DNA of 64,000 nucleotides from Curvularia clavata (Eukaryota): NCBI GenBank assembly GCA_023920165.1, contig CP089280.1, positions 1 to 64,000 of the forward strand, read 5' to 3'. Shown piece by piece: positions 38,705 to 50,955 of this stretch (position 1 is its first letter; each line of letters starts with the position of its first letter). The notes under the pieces were generated by a model. It saw only the letters and a program-made list of their open reading frames with translations, ran no database searches and was not told where the DNA came from. The position numbers and the translations under genes were made by a program.

Positions 38705-41323
38705 TTAAACACTGAAGGTACTCTGTAATGGCAGATCACGAGAGCTGAAGCCAACCCCAACAGTGATGCTACCCGTGGGAATCCTCCACTTCTGCAAAGT
38801 AACATCCCAATAACTCAGATCACGCCGCGCTAAGTTGAATGGAACTGATGTGGACTCCCCGGCGTTGAGATAGATCTTCTCAAAGCCTCGCAAGCTGCGC
38901 ACTGGCATCTCCGCCTCACTCGGATACGAGAGATAAAGTTGGGGGACGGCAGCTCCCCGCTTTTGACCCGTGTTACTGACGGTGACCTCAACTGTGACAA
39001 GAGTCGCCCAAAGCTCCACGTTGCCACCAGGATATATTGGTGCATTGGGATCTGGAGTGCGCGAGACATTCTCTACTACAATGTTCGTCTTTAGATTTGA
39101 GATGTTGAAGGTGGTGTAGCTAAGCCCGAAGCCGAAGGGGAATGCGACACTCTTATTCTCGGCATCGAATTCTTTGTAGTCTATTAAGTTCCCCTCTACA
39201 AAATTTGCTTGCCAAGCGATAGGATCGTTTGTCTCTTGAAGAGTCGTGCTGTTCTCGATATTGTGTCGATAATCAGTCTCGTTGTTCGCGATGGTATATG
39301 GAAGCTTGCCAGATGGGTTCACGTCTCCCCAAAGAATGTCGACGATGGAGTTGCCTGTTTCCTCTCCAGGCATGTGCGCTACAAGAATAGCGGTGACGTT
39401 TGCATTGTTTCGCCAGGGCATGGTATTCGGTGATGCGCCGTGAAGAACGACAACGGTGTTGTTGCATACACTAGTGACGCGTTCCATCACCGTTGTGGAA
39501 TTCCACTCCGGGGTCAAAGTCATGCGGTCGGAGCCTTCGCTAGCCCACGATTTAAGGAAGACGATGCAGACGTCTATTGGTACTGGTGCTAACGATGACA
39601 GTCCAGTCTGGGAGATGAACTTATTATCCGTGATGTATTGGACATGAGCGCCATACGACTGACCCCGAGATTTGATGGCGTCTAGTGGAGGGACAATCTG
39701 GTAGAAACGCCCAGTGCCACTGCCACCACCAACAGGAAGAGTTCCAATGTCGTAATCATCACCGTAGTATTGGCCAGTGGTGAGGTCCGCAGCATCGTTT
39801 CCAAAGACGGCAATCTGCCTCGGATGCTGGAGGGGCAATGTGTTGTTAGTATTCTTCAAAAGAACAGTGCCTGCAGCACCCAGTTCCCTAATCAGCTGAG
39901 TGGATGCTGCGCTCCGGACGTTGACCTCGGGGCCATAGGTATAGTTATAGACGTAAGCTGACTCTGGGAAGAAGTTCAGCTTTGGCGTATAATGATCGAT
40001 GCGAGGATAGCCGCTGTCTTGACCGAGATAGTAATATGGCGTCATGATGCGAAGAATCATATCATCAAGTCGTTTAAGAGCGAGAGAACCGTTATTTCTG
40101 TTATTGTGGTCAGTTAACAGGAGATTTCAAGACTTTGCATGAGTCATACACAGCCGTCGTAATATTAGCACCAAAGTAAGTTGGCGTCCCAGATGTGAAA
40201 CCGATGCCTCCGGGCATGTCCATGTCGAGTCCAGCTTCAATCGCCGCGACACCAGTATGAGTCGCAAGCCAATCGGACATCACATAACCCTGGAATCCAA
40301 GCTCTTCCTTTAACAGGCCGTTAAGTGTCTTGGAGTTTTGGCACCCGTAGCTAAACCCGTAGTCAGTAGGAAAACGTCACTGGGAATCCCGGGACACTCA
40401 CCTTCCATTGATACGGTTGTAAGAACACATCACAGACGCAGATCCAGCTCTAACTGCATTTGCAAAAGGCCAGAGATAGGTCTCATGCATAGTCTTTTCG
40501 AATTAGCGAGCTTAGAGATTTCCATAGATGATGCTCACCTTGTCATCGATATTCGAGCTGACAGCTTCGATAGTGACACCGTTTTCGCTCATTGAGGGAT
40601 TTCTCTGGGTTTCCTGCTCATTCAGAATGTAGTGCTTGACGCAAGCTTGAACTCCTGTGCTCTGCATGCCTTCGATTGTATCTTCGACAAGTGCACCAGA
40701 AAGGTAGGAATCCGGGCTGAAACCCTCCCAGTTGCGGCCTCCAAAGGGCGAGCGGCCTAGCGGTCCAACAACAGGCCCGAGGGCTACGTGTGAGCCCTTC
40801 CCGCGGAACTCACTAGCCATATAGACCCCACGTTCCCGAGCAAGCGAACGGTCCCATGAAGCGGCGACAGTAAGACCAGCAGGAAACACAGATGCACCGA
40901 TAGCTTGGCGAATAGCGAGAGGACCGTCTTGGAGACATAGGCCGCTGAAATTGAGGCGAGGTATCGGACTGATGTTTCCCACGCAAGGACCTGGGGTACC
41001 TGTTGAAGAAAGATTAGCAGTAAGCGCGATCGTGGTTCTGTGTGTAACATCAACGTACCAGTCACCATCTGAGCCTTTTCATCAAGATTTAGGTTGCTCA
41101 GAAAGGTCCTTGCCTTGCTCAATGCTGCTTCCCATCCCCCAATTCCTGTAATGTTTGCTGAGAGAACGTTAGTTTTTATACGAAGAGGGAGACAAACAGC
41201 GAACTTGCGTGAAGGATACACTGCTGGGCTGCCTCCATACTGATTATAACTTCCATGTTGAGCATTGCCGGACTGTGCGCCCGCGAGTGCGATGAAGGAG
41301 AGTACCAAGGAACCTTGCATCAT
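38705..41323 (-). CDS. Secreted GH3 beta-glucosidase, multi-exon
   Basis: Signal peptide; [59 protein letters not shown]-terminal fibronectin-III-like region. Confidence 0.96.
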
Positions 41324-42139
41324 GTTGACATGAAGATATTATGAAGACTTGCATCGTGTATGTCTTTTATATCTACAACAAGGTTTATCCCCACCTTACG
41401 AATAGATGCCAGTTTACACCGGGTCTTCGTCCGGTATGGACTTTTAATCCCCACATGATCCGATTGCGGGGTAAATGGATCCGAAAGATCATTGTCATTG
41501 CGCGTAAACATCTCCAGTGTGCCACCGTCCCCCGGCAGATGTTTGAGAGGCGCTTTGCGGATCGTCACCGAGAGGCGGGGAAAAGCCAAGCGTCGAAAAG
41601 CTTCCTAGCGTCGGCCGATTATGGAGAGCGTGGAGAAATCAAGGCTTTTAGCATCGGCGGCTAAGATACAAGTGGCATGGCATACCGAAGTCGTTTTGCA
41701 GCGGGCAGGTTTGCGTACATGTGCGGAGATACGTGTGCCTTAGACATCATGATTGCATTGATCCTTTTACCTTGCTTGCTAATGTGCGTGTATTGTATGA
41801 GGAAGGGTGCTGCGTTGGCGCGATTGCGATATCGGTAGCGAGGCACATAGGTGGATGGTGGGCTATGAACAAGGATCTTGAACGTCACGAGTGACACGGA
41901 AAGCAGGAGCACTTCTGTGGATACCGCTCTTGCATGTCCGGAGTATGTACTGCCGAGAATTAGGAAAAACACTGCGTCATTGTCTTGATGCGGAGAGGGG
42001 CTGCGATTATCCCAGCTCGGCCCTCGAGTCTTAGCCCAACCCCGAGTTATCCACACAATCCAAAACTGTACCACCCACTTTGGAGTCAAATATTTCAACA
42101 ACGATTGAATTCACCACTTATTACAGATGAAATCAGAAT

Positions 42140-43474
42140 TAATACTACTAGAGGCTGTCTGAACTGTTGTAGTACTTTTCCTTCGTAGTTGTTCAGCGGT
42201 TTTGGTTGTTTCAGCTGCAACTGCTTCTATCGCAAGCTGTATAGCTTCTCGATTAGCAAAACGCTCATTTGAGTCTTGTTGCACTTGTTTTCTTCGCTGG
42301 TATCGATACTGAATAGCTGGAAGCTGGTGTTTTAGCTATTTGTTAAATTAGTCATAGTTATGCTACTTGGGCATGTTTAGTATCAATAGCCTTGCTAGTC
42401 CTGGCGACTAGCTGGTGAGTAGAACGTGGTAGTAGCTCTGGTCGTAGAAATTGCCGTTGCACTTGACATAAATCCTGAGACAATCAAGGTGTTCTAAGGA
42501 CCACCATACAGCTATTATCCAGCTGCTCCGGTAATGGTGGAGTGATTGGGCGAGTCTGAATCTGCGATGACTCTAGAACAAGCTTTGGATTATCCGAAGA
42601 TAGCTCTGATACCCGCCGACCAGCGCGCATCACCCAATGAGATATCCTAGACTCTCGCCCCTCGTATTAGATCGATATAAAACTTTGCTTTCTAATTGGC
42701 GCAGCGTTGTCGAGAGTAGCAGGGGCTCGAATTTGGTCGCAATAGCTAGACTTGCTGTGAGAGAATGGAGCTATAACAAGTGGCTGAAGTACATGAGAGG
42801 AGTGGGCTGGTATATAGATAGAGTGCTAGTAACAAGCTCACATGAAACTCTGGAGTAGTATGGGCCCTACGCCCATCGAGTAGCAGTAGTCGATTGCTCA
42901 ATTGGGCAGCACGATCAGCAGCGCGATTAGTAGCTTGAGTAGCAGTTTCCGTGATAATCATTCGTGATGACCACTCTAACCCAATATTTTCAGGCGTCCA
43001 GCCGTTAGCTAAGGTGGCGCAGTGTCACTCAGGTACTGTCTCTGATAGAAACCAGGTTGACTGAAGACTTTGGCCTTGAAAGACAATTAGCTCTAGCACC
43101 TTCAATTGTCTGTCCGATAACTGAATGGACGCACCGGTGACGGCGTAAGAAGTTTGATATCCATCGGTGGCCGAATGGAGCAGTATCACTATTCTGCTTG
43201 ATTATCCAGATCACCAGTCGCCAAAGGAGCGCGTATCTAGGTGGATGTCCGCAGCTATCTTCGTGAGGGACCCATTCAAGGAACCTATCTTCTTAATCTG
43301 ATGACAATCGAGGTTCATGTTGGTGGGTATCCCGGCGAAAACGCGTCTAGCAAGTCGGCTGCGTAGCACTAATCTTGGAATGCCATACGCAGCAGATGCA
43401 GATCTCCAAAATAAAAAGATGCTACCATGATAATGCTTAATAGCAGATAGAACAGCAAATTCGCGATCGGCCAT
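42140..43474 (-). mobile_element. Degenerate pogo-like transposase relic
   Basis: HTH_psq-like SASAAYGIPRLVLRSRL, GHRWISNFLRRH and ANGWTPENIGLEW in broken frames. No TIRs recognised. Confidence 0.65.
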
Positions 43475-46249
43475 ACTGGATAGCTTCAAAGGTGGAAATA
43501 GTGTGTGATGCAGTCTTGGATTAGGTGGGCTAACTCGGGGTTGTGCGGCCGAGCTTACACAAGGTATGCACTTCCGGAAATTACGGAAACAAGATGGCAA
43601 TGTCTTTTGGTGTGCCGCCAAGATTGGAGGGGTGCTGCGTCTCACAGGCTTTCCAAATGTGGTGCTAGAGAAGATAATCTTGTACTGTCAGCTTGATGTC
43701 TCTGGTTATGGAACAACCTTCTTACCTCCAAAATTCAGTCCCGACGACCTGCTGGCGTCTGGGAGAACTTTTAGAAAGAGCAGCAGCTGATCCTAATTCG
43801 AAGAACCGTGCCTCAAGGTTGGCGAGAGTGTCGTGAGAATGCGTATTTGGTCCCTTCACGATTCTATGAAAGAACCTAGAACTCTATTACTCGTCGCTAA
43901 AAGGGTCAGGTGCGCTTCTTGCCTCTTCTCTTGTGCGGGATGGCGACGAGTATGAGTAGCTTGTTGGAGCTGCGGGCAAGACCTGACTCTGAATTGACGA
44001 TACATAACTCGTCCAGTTCATCCCTTTCTGTTGTTGAGGCAGCTAGAGTCTACCGACGAAGCCTCGAAGGATGTCCGTAGTTTGGGGGCCGTCGTGGACC
44101 AAGGAAGGTTCGCGCAGTAGAAGCGTTGGCCGCGAGGTGTTTCACGACCACGATGAGCCATATGCTAGATTTGCAGGCTTTATAGGCGCTATAGAGATGA
44201 CGCTTATAATCTTTATCGTCAATAACATAGAAGAGGTGCCGCGCCTTCCTCATTGCGAGCACGTGAAGGAACAAGAGGACGAGAGGGAAAGGCTGTCACG
44301 CTCAAGCTGAAATATATTCCCAAATCTCTGTTGACCTTGAAAGACTACATAGTAGCTATCAAAGATATTCGTTTCCCCCAAATGTACAACATGTTGCTTA
44401 AGCTAATTACAGATTGCCAGAAGGAGACAGCCATATCACCAAACGCATTAATATGAACGATAGATGGACCAAGCCGGCAGCAAATTGAGGATGCGGAGGA
44501 AGGGAAAAGGGTGAATCAAGTTCAGAAAGGACGCAATGTCCACCTTCTGGGACTGGCAGCTTGAAGGGGCCGCATGACAAGGACCTTGAAGTTTTGAGCC
44601 TGCCATTCGGTCGCTGATCTGCGCACCGATAGCTGAAAATTCTTCGCATTTGCAGAGTCTAGCTCGGCTCGACCACTGGCGCTCGCTGTCTGCACCAGCT
44701 GCTTCGTCCAAACTAGCTGTCGTATCAGGGGGTTGCCGATGGTGATTCTGGAACACGGCGGGTTCTTGGCCTTTCGCGGCGACGAGGGTTGCGGCAGCTT
44801 GGGGCATAGGGAGTCGAGAACCTCCAGTCCTGGTATCTTCTCTCGCTGATGGCGGTGATATATGTGGACGACCGCCTTGACGCCTAGCTGATCGAAGTCA
44901 ACTAGCCCATCTCATCCGCGACCTTGCGACAGCACCTCTCGATTAGGCAATGCAGCATAGCTCCTGTGGACGCGTTCTTCGCGGGCCCCCAATTGTCTTC
45001 ATTACAGAGCGTGTTGACAATGCAGCGGGTATTCTGGCGGCAGCCTCACTGCTGGACTCTGTAGCACTGCGCCCTCCACATATTCTTCTGGTGTATCTCG
45101 CGACGAGTTGATATGAACCGAGCAAGAGTGATTGCCGCACAAGTGACTGGCTACAAAGATTTCGCCCTTCTTGTTGTAGTTGTTTACCTTTTCGCCGGAG
45201 AAAATGAGTGTCTTCCGGTCGTTCTTGGCCACAACGGGCCAGCTATCAAATATTCACTTAGTGTACTACGTTTCGTAGCCGCAGTTGCGTATTGAGTGCC
45301 GCCGGACCAGGGGCGTTGTGGCGATAAAGTAGCTCAATTGCGAGTAGTCTCTTTTGGCCCACTGATATCGTGGGTCACATTTGCGTCACTCATTCGCCCA
45401 TTCGGAGCTTCTCTTCCTTTGAACGCACGATTCTAGGATTTTCAGCGATATCACCAGCGTAAATTCTGCCAACTCAAGCTCTCGCAACTCATTTTTCTGC
45501 CGCCATTCACAGGATGCTCGCCCTTGATGAAGCAATAGACTTGGCTTTGTGCCTCTCTGCCATGGTTTATAACGCATCACATTATAGGGGTTGAAAGCCG
45601 TCACGCATTCTTAGATTACTCATTATTTTTCCAAGCACTGCGTCCCCAACTTTTATCGACGTCGGAATGCAGCACAAGTAACTGTCGTGACGCACATGAT
45701 GGGACGATATTTATCGGTGATGAAAATGTTCCTTACTCGCAGCAAACTATCGTGTTATTTATTTTTTTCGATTATGTGAGGGATAGCAAGACTCTTAAGG
45801 ATGATATATATCCGCGACGGTGCTGTATCAAAAGCCCCATGACTTGTATTCCCAACTGACATCATTCTGGATGGTCTATAGCCAGCATCAATTCCATCCC
45901 ACCCTTTTTCTTGGAGGCTACACTACAGGGGTGACTCCTTGCTGCAAACGCCCTTCTACCATAGACCTGAAACATCATAACAACTCCGACAGAATTTAAA
46001 TACACCTCATGCGCTCCCCAGCATCTGAACATGGACACGCCATCAAGATTTCTCACAAACCGATTTCCACAACAAACTCCTGTATGGTTCTCTCTACATT
46101 GCAACGACCCTTCTCTGCTTTTAGTTCTGCCTCGCCTAGTACAGTCGCTCAACTCGAACAGTTATGGATTTCGATGCACAGTCACTGTAATCCATCTCTC
46201 AGATTTTAGCAGAACCATCTTTTGCGTTGATTGAGCACTTGCATAGATG

Positions 46250-46600
46250 AAAGGATTTTGCTTTCCGTTCTCGTTACACTGCGAAGTCACTTGACAGCTC
46301 CTGATATTTCCAGCAGTTGCTGGCTTTTCATAATATGGGTCTGACTGTGGAGATGTATCGTCGCACCCACCTTCAAACACATGAGCCAGACCCACACAAT
46401 GCCCAACCTCATGGGTTATGGTAGCGAGATGAAACACAATGAGCCCTTCTTCAGTCTGTCGGAAGGGATCCGCACTAGTTATCAACAGTCGCTTCGTCAA
46501 ATACTATGAGAATTTGAAGGCCAGGTATGGTGGCGTGACCTAAGCATCCGCGGGATCGATCTCAGTGATATAGCCCAAGAATTCATCGAAGGCCGTGGTG
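46250..46600 (-). pseudogene. M43 (pappalysin-like) metalloprotease fragment
   Basis: TITHEVGHCVGLAHVFEGGC zinc motif (HExxHxxGxxH); the flanking frames are closed. Confidence 0.65.
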
Positions 46601-47088
46601 TTAGCTAGCGGTATGGCAGAGACCTATAAAATCATAATTGTCGAGTGCGCGATGCCTCAGACCGCTGAAGATATGGAGTAAGATGTGTCCTGAACGGTTT
46701 AGCTAGTCTGAATTTAGGTCAAACTCTTGACAGGAAAAAATACGAGAACATACGAATACGAGCAGATACGCTCACTAGTGGGTAGGAGGTGTATAGCTAA
46801 AGCCAATTATGGCGCGTGATCACTTCGTGGCAAGTGGGGCAACCGTGCATATCTATGAGCGAGAAACCGCCGAACTAGTCCAAGATAGCCTTTATTTTAC
46901 ATCTTGATGCTCGTATTTCCGCGTACTCGTATAGTTTCGGAAAGGACTAGTTTGTCCATTTTAGCTCAAGAATATGTTACCATACTAGTGCTAGCATGAT
47001 TGGCAGACATAAAAAATCAGGAGTCGAGAGGTGCCCTGCCAAAGCAATCCATCCTGTTCCTTTTCGGTCCACCTTTTCAACTTCAATT

Positions 47089-47805
47089 ATGAGCACCAAC
47101 AATTCTAGAGTACCTACTGCTCTCATGCCTGTAGCCAAGGAGGCAATCGATAGTCGTACTTCGAATCGAAACCAGGTGCTAGCCCGTCCAGCCACTTTCA
47201 GAGATGCCATCAATACGCGCCTTAGGAGACCAGTCATCGGTCTTTTCAATCTATACATTCGTGTCCTACAATTGGTCTTCGCTCTCGCCTCCGGGATTTC
47301 TTATGCTCTTGAGCTCTCGCACAACAATACCTCGGTCTTCATCTACTCGCAAGTTGTGTTCGGTTTGACACTCGCGATGTTAATCGGCGACGTCGTCACT
47401 ATACGTTCGTACAAGCTGGTCTTCATTATCGAATCGGTCATATGCATATTGTGGCTTGCTCTCTTTGGGTCCTGCTACATGATATTTTTTGACTCGAATG
47501 CGCCTCTGGGACCTCAGTACTCCCACGTAAATGTGAGACGGATGAAGAACGCAGTATGGCTGGATCTTATCAACTTCGTTCTATGGTTGTCAAGTGCAGC
47601 ATTGTCGACAACCATGTGCTGTTTGGGAACAAATGCACTCATCCGGGGGAAATGGAAAAGCATGAGGGCAAAGAAGACTGCGGGAAACTCTGACCAAAGC
47701 AGCGATATGGAAACGGGAACTATGCCACCAACTTCTACACATGCTACTGAAGAGCAGTTGCCAGCATATAAAGATGTTTCAGAACTTGCTAGAACAGGGT
47801 TGTAA
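47089..47805 (+). CDS. MARVEL-domain membrane protein
   Basis: IRVLQLVFALASGISY, ESVICILWLALFG and RMKNAVWLDLINFVLW; four transmembrane segments. Confidence 0.85.
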   Translation: MSTNNSRVPTALMPVAKEAIDSRTSNRNQVLARPATFRDAINTRLRRPVIGLFNLYIRVLQLVFALASGISYALELSHNNTSVFIYSQVVFGLTLAMLIGDVVTIRSYKLVFIIESVICILWLALFGSCYMIFFDSNAPLGPQYSHVNVRRMKNAVWLDLINFVLWLSSAALSTTMCCLGTNALIRGKWKSMRAKKTAGNSDQSSDMETGTMPPTSTHATEEQLPAYKDVSELARTGL

Positions 47806-48222
47806 GGCTCATTCGAGCATCATGTACTCAGCTAGGGTAACTGGCATATAATTTTGTTAGGCTATATTTTCAAGCTTGAAAGCTGAATTGCGGAGGCCTT
47901 TATGCAGAGGCAATCCGCCTATTTCAATCCAATTTTTCTGTGACTTGTTAGCTCTTCATTGAAATAATCTCTTGTATACTAAGCGCTTGCCTTACAAAGC
48001 GCCGACCTTTACACCCACCAGGGACTACCTATTCACTACAGATTGGGTTCAGTTTCACGTAGCATTATATATCAGAGATAGTACTTTTGTGTTTTTGGCA
48101 GAGATTCATATTCAAAGTAACAATAAACCCCTGTTTTGTCCGGCCCGAGCTTAAACCCATGGAGGGAACTCCATACAACGAACAAAACTCTCGTAGAACA
48201 TCCATTGGAAAGAAGAAATATC

Positions 48223-49178
48223 TTACTATCCCTCATATAGCGTTAGTGAAGATGCTTTACTCTAACACTCTAGAGACCAAAGTCAGGTAACGTACACACT
48301 ATACCATAGTAATTAGTTAAGTGTCTTGTATATCTACTGTAGAAATGGATTCGTCCACTTACATTCTACATAATTAGCAGCTGTTAGTAAAGTCTCTTCT
48401 AGGTCTATCATAGAGATAGAGATGTAGTTGTTAAATCTACTTACAACCTATATCGTTGGCAGCTATTAGTAAAGTCTCTTGTAAGTCTACTTTAAAAAGG
48501 TATTAATTCTACTTACACACTATACCACCACTAGCTATTAGTAAAGTCTCTTATAAGTCTATCATAAGAAGGTATCTAGTCTACTTACAACCTATACCAC
48601 TAGCAATTAGCATAGTCTTTTATAAGTCTATAATAGAAAGATATCAGGTCTACTCACACCCTATACCACCAATAGCTATTAGTAAAGTCTCTTATAAGTC
48701 TACTGTAAAATAGTATTAGCTCTACTTACACACTGTACCACCACTAGGTATTAGTAAAGTCTTTTATAAGTCTATTATAAAAACGTATTAGATCTACTTA
48801 CGTTCTATGCCACTAGCAATTAGCATGTTCTCTCATAAGTCTATTGTTAAAGATATTAGATCTACTTACACCCTAAACTATCGTTAGGTGAGTTTATTAT
48901 AGAAATGTATTGGATCCACTTACACACTATACCACCACTAGTTATTAGTAATGTCTCTTATCAGTCTATCATAGAACGTATTAGATGGACTTACAAACTA
49001 TTCCATCAGCAGCAATTAGTAAAGTCTCTATTAAGTGTATTATGGAGTAAGTACTCGTAACCTAACTTACTCCTCTAGCGTTCAGGTCTGTTTCCTGGCT
49101 TTCTTTCTTTGCCTGTGGAACGGCTGCTGCATAGAGCAATGATGGTAAGAATACACTAAAAAGCATAATAAATCTCAT
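48223..49178 (-). CDS. Secreted 47-aa Cys-rich peptide precursor encoded by 13 exons, eleven of them single codons; product MRFIMLFSVFLPSLLYAAAVPQAKKESQETDLNARGFCGNCGVCVNC
   Basis: Exon 1 is 49178-49071 (36 codons). The 3-nt exons are 48997-48995 TTT, 48926-48924 TGT, 48872-48870 GGT, 48804-48802 AAC, 48732-48730 TGT, 48660-48658 GGT, 48591-48589 GTT, 48519-48517 TGT, 48447-48445 GTT, 48365-48363 AAT and 48298-48296 TGT. The last exon opens with TAA at 48225-48223. All 12 introns have a GTAAGT/GTGAGT/GTACGT donor, a CTAAY branch point and a YAG acceptor. Confidence 0.85.
48226..49070 (-). repeat. Diverged tandem array of about 70-bp units (one intron plus one 3-nt exon each)
   Basis: Plus-strand unit resembles CTACTTAC-NNN-CTATACCACCACTAGCTATTAGTAAAGTCTCTTATAAGTCTA... 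Intron lengths are 73, 68, 51, 65, 69, 69, 66, 69, 69, 79, 64 and 70 nt. Confidence 0.92.
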
Positions 49179-50027
49179 CTTCGTATATACGCGTGGAAAG
49201 TTGATTTTAATGATATTTGAGAAGAACGTGTTCAAGAGAATGGTTTCGATTTCTTTGTAACGGACAGTTTTCTTAGACTACATAGGAGCTAACCGGCCAT
49301 ACATTGAATAAATCTCAACGTGGAATGTTATTTTTTTTTAGGTAAGAAACAGCGGTAAGCAAGTAACTCTATGCTACTGCAACAACTGCAAGGATTTTAT
49401 ATCTCAACAAGAAAAAGTATCTATGATAATAAGCCGAAAGCATTTTAGTTAGCACGTGAAGGGAATCTCAGATCCTCTATGGATTCCGAGTACTACCTAG
49501 CTGATGGGCTAAGACACTTCAGCGCAATCTCTATAGGGGTTGCGCTCTATGGGATAGATACTTGTTAAACAAAATGTTGTATTCGACAAAGAACTAAATA
49601 CTGCTACTTGTGTACTGTGTGTTTACTTATTGGAGCAAACTCATGCCGATTGTCTGAGTGCATTGTCTAAGCGCCACTCGGTATTGTACAGATTCCGGGT
49701 GGATGATATAGATCGACAAGGTTAATCATAGAAGATAAGAGGGGCCGAAGTGGGACAAGCGGACCAGAAACGATCTCTAGTGCGAGTGGAGCCGGAGCGT
49801 AGCTCGCTTGCTTAGCGGGCACCACCTACTAATTAGAAAAACACTCTAGCAGCACACTAGAGCTTCAACAAATCGGTGGTGGGGCCGAGCTAGTGCTAAG
49901 GCAATCGGACTGATATGTCTGGCGCAAGCAAGAACTGTTAATGCTAAAATGGACTCTAATAGATATTGTCGAGCCATCTCCTCACAAAATAGTCTTCTAC
50001 TTTTGATTCCTGCAATTTGATTCTACG

Positions 50028-50955
50028 ATGTCTCTCTCTGACGAAAACAACGAAGCAGTCGCTCTTCTTGATGAGGAAGAGACATTGCAACTAGAAAAAC
50101 GAGTTAAGCCGCAAAGACATAGTCGACGATGGTGCTGGTGGACAACGCTGAACACGGTTCTCCTTGTTGCCTTCTCTATCGCGAATCTTACTATCTGGTC
50201 TGGACGCCGTCTAGTAGTCTGGCGTACTGATTTTCCAGATGCACGCAAGGCTATTCAATACGAGGAGCGGGTATTTACTGGAGCCTTGACCTATGACCAA
50301 AGCCAACGTCGAATTCTTCGTATCCAAGATGCAGAGATAGAGTATTTTGGGCGTCCGAGCTTTGAAATAGACCAAGCTTGGGAGGAACTGTTACATGGTA
50401 TGTACATATCTCCATTGTATGGCTATCAGACTTGACTACTTATCTAAACAAATTTAGGTGAATTCCCCACAATGAGTGAGCAAGAAGCTTTTTCATTTCC
50501 AGACTTGACCCCTTTACCTAGAGATGGAAAATATCATTTCGAGTAAGATGCTCTACCAAATCGTTTTCTTCCCTCTAAGAATATATGGTCTAATAACGTG
50601 GCTTAATACTACTAGACCAGATGTTTTTCATTCGCTTCATTGCCTCAATGCTATTCGTAACGAGCTACATCCTACACTCTATAATATTTCAAATGAACAT
50701 AACCCTTGGTTTCAGACTCACCAGCGCATCGCAATACTTGTCAATGATCCTACATGGATGACAAAACATATTGAACACTGTTTAGACCGCATTCGACAGG
50801 TCGTTATGTGCCATGGGGATTTAACTCCCTCTCCTCTTTATTCATGGCCTAGGTTTTCTGTTAGTTTAGGACGTGCAGGCGCGCATACGTGTCGGAAATG
50901 GGAACCAATTCGAGAGTGGATGAATCAACGAGCCCGAGATGGTAAAAGTTTCTAG
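50028..50955 (+). CDS. DUF3328 / UstYa-family oxidase, 3 exons
   Basis: N-terminal transmembrane anchor, YFGRPSFEIDQAWEELL, twin HxxHC motifs (VFHSLHCLN, HIEHCLDRIRQVVMCHGDLTP), HTCRKWEPI. Introns at 50398-50457 and 50543-50615. Confidence 0.95.

Noticed and set aside
31561..41323. P450, OYE and GH3 as a secondary-metabolite cluster
   Set aside because: No backbone enzyme, transporter or regulator, and the genes are separated by repeat relics.
43500..45600. Short ORFs in the 43.5-45.6 kb region (similarly 28.4-29.8 kb)
   Set aside because: Possibly decayed genes, but I could not recognise a family or a consistent exon chain.
48500..48960. Longer micro-exons using the upstream TAG (e.g. CTAATAGCTAG|TGGTGGTATAGTGT)
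   Set aside because: Those AGs lie only about 3-7 nt from the branch point, are not present in all units, and give frame-breaking exons. Only the distal YAG is conserved in all 12 introns.
48226..49070. CRISPR-like array or plain non-coding minisatellite
   Set aside because: The context is eukaryotic, with no unique spacers or cas genes. The conserved parts are exactly spliceosomal donor, branch and acceptor signals.
48226..49070. Classical dikaritin precursor with KR-delimited repeats read as a continuous ORF
   Set aside because: The ORF track shows no ORF spanning the array, unit lengths are not consistent multiples of three, and the frame from exon 1 closes just after the donor.
49179..50027. 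CGG/CCG triplets as Zn2Cys6 binding sites in the divergent promoter
   Set aside because: No consistent spacing or repeated motif that I can distinguish from background.
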